From Longimicrobiales bacterium (GTDB lineage: Bacteria > Gemmatimonadota > Gemmatimonadetes > Longimicrobiales > Gaopeijiaceae): DNA of 64,000 bases. Positions 56,640 through 64,000 of this stretch are shown piece by piece. The notes under the pieces were generated by a model. It saw only the letters and a list, made by a program, of their open reading frames with translations, had not been told where the DNA came from and ran no database searches. The DNA lies in the NCBI GenBank assembly GCA_965218295.1, contig CBDCKN010000003.1, positions 224,001-288,000 of the forward strand, given 5' to 3'. The translations under genes were made by a program, and so were the position numbers. The stretch's first letter is position 1; the number at the start of each line of letters is the position of its first letter.

Positions 56640-56975
56640 CTGGAGCTCCCACGACGGACTGAAGTCGAAATCCCGAGACGCAAGGTCACCGGCTACCTTC
56701 TGGCAACAGTGCACCCTGTCGGGGGCGCGAAGGCCAGGTACTTCGAGTCCCGAGGCTACAGCCTCGAATCTCCGGAAGATCTGGAGGCGGCGCTCCGGGA
56801 GGTAGCTGAGGTCGGCGAGGTCGTCACGACAGAAGCGACGCAGTGGGGAACGAAGTACTTTGTCTCGGGGAATGTCCGGGCTCCTGACGGGAACCCTATG
56901 GCACTCGGCACCGTATGGATTGTCACCGGCGAGGATGTGCCTGTGCTGGTAACCGCTTACCCGACGCGGAGATAA
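56640..56975 (+). CDS. DUF6883-like putative toxin (cassette)
   Basis: K.TGYLL..HPVGGAKARYF..GY and LVTAYP motifs; CTG start behind AAGGAGG. Confidence 0.7.
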   Translation: MELPRRTEVEIPRRKVTGYLLATVHPVGGAKARYFESRGYSLESPEDLEAALREVAEVGEVVTTEATQWGTKYFVSGNVRAPDGNPMALGTVWIVTGEDVPVLVTAYPTRR

Positions 56976-56979
56976 AGGC

Positions 56980-57204
56980 ATGAAAGAGCTCGATACGGTC
57001 GTTCTGCGCCGGGAGCTTCCAGAGGCCGGCCTAGAGGCGGGCGACGTCGGGGCGATCGTGCACTGCCATGCCGACGATTCCTACGAGGTCGAATTTGTCT
57101 CCGGGGAGGGTGGAACCGTGGCGGTCGTCACGCTTTCTGGCGCTGATCTGCGTCCGATTGAGGCCCGCGAGATTCTCCATGTGCGGAGCCTGGCCCACCA
57201 TTAG
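56980..57204 (+). CDS. DUF4926-like putative antitoxin (cassette)
   Basis: ELDTVVL..GDVGAIVH..YEVEF motif. Confidence 0.78.
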   Translation: MKELDTVVLRRELPEAGLEAGDVGAIVHCHADDSYEVEFVSGEGGTVAVVTLSGADLRPIEAREILHVRSLAHH

Positions 57205-57217
57205 GGTGCGCGACTCC

Positions 57218-57366
57218 GCGTAACGCCGCTCTCCCGCTCGGGCCCCCAGCTCCGCTTCGCGCGATGAGCGCGCAGTTACTATCGTGAACGCCACGGGCCC
57301 GGCCCCTGCGGGGGCACTCCGTTCGCGGCGCTCACTCCGCGCCGGGAGCGCGTGAGCCCGTTATGC
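57218..57366 (+). repeat. attC-like site 6 (family B, 149 bp)
   Basis: Same ends as site 2. Confidence 0.75.
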
Positions 57367-57633
57367 GCCATTAGTGGGCGGCCGCATGACTAAACGGAAT
57401 GCAGGTTCTTGCGAGTGGTCGTGTGTAGGCCCGTCGCGCGTATTGTGCGACCCTGCCCGCGCCGCGCCATAATTCATAATCAGAACGCTCCGATGCAAGT
57501 GCGTCGATCCAGTGCAGGCAGGGGACCTTCTTCGGAAGCGGCGGTCGGACGTCCGAAGGCTCCGACCGGCGATGGGCCACGCGGCCCGACGACGCCCTCG
57601 GTCCCAAGTCGGGGCAGGCTCTCCCTCCCGGTC

Positions 57634-58118
57634 TCAGCCAAACGGGAGTTGTAGACCAAAGAGAAGTGGGACGTGTACGCCATCTACTCCTTGGGGCACT
57701 TCAAGGCGCACATGTAGCCGCAGAACGCCAATCACCACCGAGAGCTGACCATGCGGTTGTACGTGCCACTCATTGGCCCGACGGAGTAGGCCTCCACCGC
57801 CACCCGCTCGGACGCTGCCGAGGATGTATGAAACTCCAACGCCGATTGACTGCCTCCTAGTTCGCAGCCATCGGAGCACCTCACTCCGATCCCCCGCTGG
57901 CCCGCGTAAGCGCTCCACAGTAGCGAGGCGCTGTGGAGGTCGACCTCCAGGAACGCGCTCATGCCCCCGGATTCCAGGTTCCCGTTCCTCGTAATGGCCG
58001 CCATCCCAATGGAGGGAGTGACCGTCAGAGTTGCACCCGCGGACTCTTGAGCACGCAGCGTCCCGCGCCCGAGTCCAAAGGGCACGAGCAGGGTGAGGAC
58101 GACGAGTCGTGTCAGCAA
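57634..58118 (-). pseudogene. Secreted/beta-barrel-like protein with one frameshift near 57860
   Basis: Signal-peptide ORF continues as QSIGVGVSY..LLFGLQLPFG* in another frame. Confidence 0.5.
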
Positions 58119-58235
58119 GGTCGGGATATCTCCGGGAACAAGGGATGGCTACCCTTAACAACGAGTCGTACCTCGGCGCTGTGACACGTGCCGATAGCGT
58201 AGGTTCCTTCCGGGTGATCGTGTTGCGTGGAGAGA

Positions 58236-58715
58236 TCAGCCCCCGCCTCCGAACAGTTCCCGCGCCTCATCTTCGGTAAGTCCGGCCTCGCCCACGTGCG
58301 CGCTGGCGTCGAGCAATTCTCGGTCCTCCGCCATTCTGGCTAGGGCCAGCGAAGCAGCAGCGGAGCCCGCACCCGACAGTGCGAACACGGGGCCCAACAC
58401 CAGAAAGGCGTCCCCTCCAAGGGCGGCGGCCAAGACAAAGATCCCGGACAGCAGAAGACCCCCAACGCCTCCCCACACTGCAAAGCGCGGAAGCGACATC
58501 TGATCAAACCTGCGACGGCCCTCAACAATCCCGAGGACCCCAGAGAACGTGACGCCGGCAAGAAAGCCAAGTAGAGCGAACCCGAGGGGAAACGGGACGT
58601 CGGCGGCGCCAACACCAACTACCAGCAGGAGCGTGACGCCCGCGCCAAACCATGCTAATGCCCAGGTCAGGCCCATCCCGATTGCACCGCGGATGCGTCG
58701 CAGCCACTTCTTCAT
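58236..58715 (-). CDS. Hypothetical 4-TM membrane protein
   Basis: MKKWLRRIRGAIGMGLTWA; GGAGG RBS. Confidence 0.75.
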   Translation of the reverse strand: MKKWLRRIRGAIGMGLTWALAWFGAGVTLLLVVGVGAADVPFPLGFALLGFLAGVTFSGVLGIVEGRRRFDQMSLPRFAVWGGVGGLLLSGIFVLAAALGGDAFLVLGPVFALSGAGSAAASLALARMAEDRELLDASAHVGEAGLTEDEARELFGGGG

Positions 58716-58908
58716 TGCTACCCTCCCTGTGCACGTGGATCTCTACCGCTGGTGCTGCAAGCTCCGGTCCGGCCGTGTCCGGGTGCCAGGCCAGGAGTGC
58801 GCCTCGACCGTCGCGGGGGCGATGCCTAACAGGGATTTGCTGCTGGCGCGGCTTACCAGCGGTCCGCACCGTTCGCATTGCAGCCGCGCGTGGTTGTCAG
58901 GCCCCCGA

Positions 58909-59589
58909 TCAACCGCTTGGAGCTCGAGACCCCTTCTCCCGGAATCCGATCCGGTGGTAGGGATTCACTACGCTCGTCGCCACGTTCTTGAGGTGCGCGC
59001 TGACGCGTTTCAGATAGCGCAGGTAGAGTGCCACTGTGACCGCATGCCCCGACCGTCCCGACAACTCCTCACCGGAGCACAGAGCACGCACGTGCTCGTC
59101 CACCTTGGATGAAATGATGGTGTGGGACCCCATGATGCCCCGGGCCCGAACCACGTCGGATTCCTCGAGGGCGGGCACGATGTCGTCAAACATCCGGGCC
59201 ATGATCTGCTCGATCTCAACGACCTCGTCGTGTAGCTCGAGCCCGTCGAAGGGCCCGGGAACTGCAGACGCCAACTCCACGATGTTCTTGGTGTAGTCTC
59301 CGATCCGCTCGATGTCGATAACGATCGCCGTGAGCACGAGCCCCAGGTTGATGTCAGGCTTGGCCGACACGGACATGTGCGTGACGATCTTGCGCCGAAC
59401 GCTCCGCTCGTACTTGTTGAGCCGCTGATCGCGCTTGTAGATGTCGGTCTCTAGCGCGCCCTCCGCATGGAGCGCCGTGACTGCGTGGTCGAACATGTCG
59501 TGGGAGGCCCGAAGCATCAGGATCGCCTCGTCATATGCCTCTCGCAGTGGGCCCTGAGACCTGAAGAGCGTGACGATTTCCTTCCACAT
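58909..59589 (-). CDS. PhoU-domain protein
   Basis: DIERIGDYTKNI and RYLKRVSAHLKN repeats. Confidence 0.85.
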   Translation of the reverse strand: MWKEIVTLFRSQGPLREAYDEAILMLRASHDMFDHAVTALHAEGALETDIYKRDQRLNKYERSVRRKIVTHMSVSAKPDINLGLVLTAIVIDIERIGDYTKNIVELASAVPGPFDGLELHDEVVEIEQIMARMFDDIVPALEESDVVRARGIMGSHTIISSKVDEHVRALCSGEELSGRSGHAVTVALYLRYLKRVSAHLKNVATSVVNPYHRIGFREKGSRAPSG

Positions 59590-59606
59590 GGTGTTTACCT
59601 TTTCGG

Positions 59607-60719
59607 CTACAGAATGAAGTAGAGAATGGGGATGATGTGGAGCACCACATATACCGTGATCACGCCCGCCGAAGTGACCCTGGTCCGAGCTGCATACGCG
59701 CCGACCTTCTGCGCCATCCAGATGGGAGCCGCCCGCAGGGGATAGAAGATCGCGATTCCCAGTAGGTTGAAGCTGAGGTGGGCAAGAGCCACGGTCACCG
59801 CAGCGGCGCTAGCGGTCGAGAATGAAGCCAGGATCGCAGTGATCGTCGTTCCGATGTTGGCTCCAAGCGTGTAGGGGAAGATCTGCCTGAGAGACAGGAC
59901 TCCGGTCCCTGCTAGCGGAACGATGAGCGAAGTCGTCGCCGAGCTGCTCTGCACAGCCGTGGTCGTCACGATACCCAGGCCGAAGCTGGTGGCATCGTTC
60001 CGGAAGAGGACCCGATCGAAGAGGGCCGCCATCCTCTCCAGGAACACGCCGCGCATCAGTCGCATCAGCTGCTGAAGGGAGATGAAGAGGATGCCCAGGG
60101 CGATGCCGATGAGCGGCAACTCGTAAGGGATCGCGCCGGAAACCCAATCGGAGAGCGGCCTCACGACGGCGTTGAGCGGGCTCGCGAGACTCATCCCGCC
60201 TGCGCCCGCGAAGACGCCTTGTAAGAAAACCGCCATCCTTTCTACCGGATGGAAGAAGATCTCCAGCGGCAGGATGACCATCGCCGCCAGGACATTGAAG
60301 AAGTCGTGCACCGTGGATGCCGCGAAGGCTCGCTCGAACTCCGCCGGACGTGTGACGTGCCCCGCCGAGACGAGCGTGTTCGTGGTCGTCGTTCCGATGT
60401 TCGCACCCATGAGCATTGGCACGGCCAACTGGATCGTGAGGACTTCTGACGCGACCAGACCGACAATGATGGTAGTGGTGGTGGACGAGCTTTGGATCAG
60501 GCTCGTCGCAAGAAATCCGATGAAGAGCCCCGCCACCGGATCCGAGGCCGTGTTGAGAAGCTGCTCGGCGAAGCCACGGCCACCCATCTTGAACGCCGTG
60601 CTCATCAGCTCGATGCTGAAGAAGAACAGGTAGAGCAGGCCGAGGAAGTAAACGCCGCGGCCGATCGCGAGGATCGGGCTGGCTTTGCGTTGGGTTTGCG
60701 ACGCGGTCGGGTGGGGCAT
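59607..60719 (-). CDS. Na+/Pi symporter (NptA-like)
   Basis: Two QSSS motifs and two GANIGTT motifs. Confidence 0.92.
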   Translation of the reverse strand: MPHPTASQTQRKASPILAIGRGVYFLGLLYLFFFSIELMSTAFKMGGRGFAEQLLNTASDPVAGLFIGFLATSLIQSSSTTTTIIVGLVASEVLTIQLAVPMLMGANIGTTTTNTLVSAGHVTRPAEFERAFAASTVHDFFNVLAAMVILPLEIFFHPVERMAVFLQGVFAGAGGMSLASPLNAVVRPLSDWVSGAIPYELPLIGIALGILFISLQQLMRLMRGVFLERMAALFDRVLFRNDATSFGLGIVTTTAVQSSSATTSLIVPLAGTGVLSLRQIFPYTLGANIGTTITAILASFSTASAAAVTVALAHLSFNLLGIAIFYPLRAAPIWMAQKVGAYAARTRVTSAGVITVYVVLHIIPILYFIL

Positions 60720-61002
60720 CAGGCGCAGGTCCTTTTGTAATGGCACCGAAGAGCCGCAGAGAAACTACAGACTTGCCGCCACTGTGGAAAACCCGCTCAC
60801 CGTTACCCATCCACGTATCCGCTCGTCGCGCCCTCCGATGGGCGAACGACGGTGTACCCCGGAGGAGCTCGGGTTCAGTGCCAACGCCTGTTGGAACGAT
60901 CGCTCCGCTTCCTCCAACCGTAGCATGATCCCGATCTCGCGAACAACTCCAGCGTCGCTTGTCGCATTACGGGCGACGGAGTCCGACGGTGTTAGCGTTG
61001 GG

Positions 61003-61530
61003 CTACGCGCCGTCGGTGCGAGGAGCGAGCTGGCAAAAGGCCTCCAGCCGAGGCGTTTCCCCGTACAGAATCAGCGTATCGCCGCCGTGGATGAGCGTGT
61101 CCCCATGGGGGGCGCCTACGTACGCACCGTCAGCTCGGTGTATTCCGAGAACGAGCAGTCCACCGAGGTCCAGCTTGCGCAGCGGCTTCTCCGCCCGGGC
61201 CCCTTCCGGCTCTACCTCCGTTTCGACCACTCGATAAGCGCCCGACAAGTGGAGCAAGCTGGAATAGTCTCGCACCTCGAGCTCAGTCCACTTCCTGAGT
61301 GCCCATCGGATCAGGCCGCACACCGCCCGATCCAGCCACTTGTTCTTGACCAGAGCCCGATCAGCAGTAGCCCGAAGACCAGCAGACCGAACAGCTCCCA
61401 CCACTGTCTGGACTCCGCAGGCCCGGCGAAAGCCACGATCAGCGATGCGGCCACCGTCACCAATCCGGCATTTCCGAGCAGCATGAGAAGCATCAGGATC
61501 TTCCGCCTCACTGGGTGGTTTACTACTACG
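61003..61530 (-). pseudogene. TrkA_C-domain membrane protein, 5'-truncated and frameshifted
   Basis: VVNHPVRRKI..LGNAG, then RDYSSLLHL..VLGIHR..GDTLILYG in another frame. Confidence 0.7.
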
Positions 61531-62600
61531 TCGTCGGATACAACATGATGTACGTCGACGTAGGCAACTTTATCGGTTCCTTCAGCTTTCTCCGCAGCCC
61601 GTCGCCAGACGAAGTTGCGCTGCTGGCGGGTGTCGAAGGCGCGCGGGAGGCGGTGATCGCAACCGACTACTCGGTCATGTCCGACTGGTTCTTCCAGATG
61701 GTATTCGTGGCGACCGCCGGGTCCATTGTCTCCGGAGCACTGGCCGAAAGGGTCAGGCTCTGGTCGTTCTTCTGCTTCACCGTGGTGCTGACCGCGTTCA
61801 TTTATCCGACCGTCGGCGCCTGGACCTGGGGCGGCGGCTGGCTTAACGCAATGGGCTTCCAGGACTTTGCCGGTTCGAGCATCGTGCATGGCACGGGCGG
61901 GGCCGGCGCGCTGGTCGTTGGGCCGCGGTACAGAAAGTTCCGCAGCGACGGCACGGTTCTCATCACGCCCCCGTCCAACGTACCAGTGGTCACCCTGGGG
62001 GTGTTCATTCTCTGGTTCGGTTGGTTCGGCTTCAATGGGGGTTCCCAGCTCGCGCTCGGGAGCGCTGCCGACGTGATCGCGATCAGCCACGTGCTGGTCA
62101 ATACCAACTTAGCGGGAGCGGCCGGGGTTATCGCGGCCATCGCGGTCTCGCGGCCAATCCTCGGGCGCGTCGATCTGCTCGCGGGTCTGAACGGCGCCAT
62201 CGCCGGCCTCGTCTCGATCACTGCGGGACCTGACATCACCAGTCACTATTGGGCCATCGTGATCGGCGCGGTTGGCGCCATCATCTGCACCGCCGGCATC
62301 AAGCTCCTCGAGAAGCTGAAGGTGGACGACGTGGTCGGGGCGGTGCCCGCGCACCTCTTCGCCGGAACCTGGGGTACGTTAGCTACAGCCATCGCGGCAG
62401 GCGCCAATATCGGCGTGCAGTTGATCGGCGTGGTGTCGATCGTCGCTTTTGCGTTCTCAGCGTCGTGGCTGATGTGGCTGGCGCTGGAGAAGACGATGGG
62501 CGTTCGTGTGTCCCAGCGGGTCGAGCAGATGGGTCAGGACGTGGCGGAGCTGGGCATCGACGCCTACCCCGAGTTCGTGCTGATGCCGGAGCAGGACTAG
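61525..62600 (+). pseudogene. amt: Ammonium transporter, N-terminally truncated
   Basis: FFQMVF, QDFAGS..VH, WFGFNGG and DDVVGAVPAH motifs; first TMs lost at the junction with the TrkA_C remnant. Confidence 0.85.
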
Positions 62601-62613
62601 GAAGACGTACGGG

Positions 62614-63273
62614 ATGCCAGACGCTGGAGCATCGGACGTGGGCGAGGACCGCCCCGAACTCGCGGGACCGCCCAGCGGAAGGAGCATTTGCGTCTACCTG
62701 GGCGGCAACCTAGGACGGGAGCAGCGCTACATCGACGAGGCCGATGCCCTCGGGCGACTGATGGCGGCAGAGGGCATCGGGCTGGTGTATGGCGGCGCGA
62801 GCGTCGGACTGATGGGTGTGGTGGCAAATGCTGTGCTGGAGGGCGGCGGCTTCGTCATCGGTGTGGTCCCCCGGCAATTGTCGTATCAGGAGCTCGCGCA
62901 CGAGGGCCTCAGCCAGCTCCTCGAAGTCGCCACGATGCACGAGCGCAAACATCTTATGCAGCAGCTGTCACAGGGCTGCATCGCTCTGCCCGGCGGGTTC
63001 GGCACGCTGGAAGAGATCTTCGAAGTCCTGTGCTGGTCGCAGCGGCCGCTGGAGCTGCACGAGAAGCCGTGCTGCTTCGCCAACATCGACGGCTACTACG
63101 ACCACCTGTTCGCCTTCCTAGATCGTGCGACCGCTGGGGGGCTGCTGCTGCCGCAGAACCGCTTGCTCGCCCGGCAGGCCCCGACCGCCACGGCAGCGCT
63201 ACGGATGATTCAGGCGGCGTGGGACGAAGACGAACAGGCCATGCTTGACGTGATCAAGGCATATAGAGTCTAA
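62614..63273 (+). CDS. LOG family protein, copy 2
   Basis: PGGFGTLEE motif; close paralog of 25749-26408. Confidence 0.9.
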   Translation: MPDAGASDVGEDRPELAGPPSGRSICVYLGGNLGREQRYIDEADALGRLMAAEGIGLVYGGASVGLMGVVANAVLEGGGFVIGVVPRQLSYQELAHEGLSQLLEVATMHERKHLMQQLSQGCIALPGGFGTLEEIFEVLCWSQRPLELHEKPCCFANIDGYYDHLFAFLDRATAGGLLLPQNRLLARQAPTATAALRMIQAAWDEDEQAMLDVIKAYRV

Positions 63274-63318
63274 CCTATTGATAATACAATACTTACTATT
63301 GATCTATCCACGATGATC

Positions 63319-63469
63319 TGACCTGCCCCCAAGAGCGGTACCACATCCTATGTTAGTCCCAGCACCTGTGGAGGGCCGTGAAGGACGGGCATCCTCAGGA
63401 ACCAGGGCGACGGCTTAATCGCCTCAGGGGCCGGGGGAAAGCCGCCGCAGGCGCTGTGGGGTCGGACGG
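63319..63469 (-). mobile_element. IS3-family right-end remnant
   Basis: Reverse complement of ~45633-45783. Confidence 0.75.
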
Positions 63470-63675
63470 GCGCGACGCTTTGCCCAGACCGGCCTCCCGG
63501 TTGCGCTACGTCCCGTGACCAAGCTTCCAGCGAGCCATGTGGGGGCGGTGGCGCTGGCGCTGGCGGCGGTGTCCAACAGCTCGCGTACCGTACTGAACAT
63601 CTCTGAACATTACAAGCAGTTAGGACGTTTCCTACGGGTTGACTTTCTTGCAAACGGCTCTTCACCGTTCCGGGC

Positions 63676-64000
63676 ATGGAGACGCAGAAGCAGCAGTTCA
63701 AGTCGGCGGTGAGCGATGCGATCGTTCACCGCCAGGGAAGCAAAGAGGCGCTCGCGCCATTCGGCTGGACGGGAGAAAAGGCCGGGTGGATCGCGTTCGT
63801 CTGCCTCCACAGCGGCGCGTTCACCCGCGTCCAGTGCGCGCGATTCCTCGATGCACACCCGGAACAGGTGCGGCGCGTCGTCCACGCGCTGATCGCGCAG
63901 GGCCTGGCCGCCGAGGACACCGTGCCCGGCATCCGGGGGATCGGCCGCGTGTGCCGCATCTTCTCCCGGCGGATCTACCGGGCCATCGGAGCCGAGCACA
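63676..64000 (+). CDS. Hypothetical protein of a related mobile element (runs off window)
   Basis: Open frame METQKQQFKSAVS..FGWTG..CLHSGAFT; upstream region homologous to 37640-37770. Confidence 0.55.
   Translation, partial: METQKQQFKSAVSDAIVHRQGSKEALAPFGWTGEKAGWIAFVCLHSGAFTRVQCARFLDAHPEQVRRVVHALIAQGLAAEDTVPGIRGIGRVCRIFSRRIYRAIGAEH

Noticed and set aside
56321..56689. N-terminal extension of the IS110 ORF to 479 aa
   Set aside because: It reads through attC-like site 5; the transposase motif begins at MKRTTKYVALD (56320)
47797..57366. Repeats as CRISPR or REP elements
   Set aside because: Spacers are whole genes and the ends show cassette-type complementarity

Overview
GC-rich bacterial window that is mostly an accessory, mobile-element-rich and partly decayed region. 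It is bracketed by housekeeping-type genes: trkH/trkA and a DUF5916-like protein on the left, and PhoU, a Na+/Pi symporter, a truncated amt and a LOG gene on the right. Insertion elements include an internally deleted IS256 splitting a cupin gene, an IS66-like element with perfect ~48-bp IRs carrying a DUF4338 (DruA-like) gene, a nested IS21-end/IS3/group IIC intron remnant, two near-identical IS3-family copies with non-canonical ends, two IS256 copies flanking an MpaB-like oxygenase plus a Tsx-PP2C-RsbW-RsbV module, IS481 and IS110. An integrative mobilizable element (P4-like integrase, AlpA, ColE1-like mobC/relaxase with nested mbeB/mbeD, oriT) carries a type I R-M operon in which a HEPN toxin gene and an MNT-HsdS fusion are embedded. 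Two further orphan oriT copies follow, along with a GmrSD-like nuclease and a DUF1640-repeat protein. From 47.8 to 57.4 kb lies an integrase-less array of six long (91-250 bp) attC-like palindromic sites delimiting gene cassettes (two TA pairs, an antiporter, pseudogenes). All family calls come from motif recognition by eye; no database searches were run.
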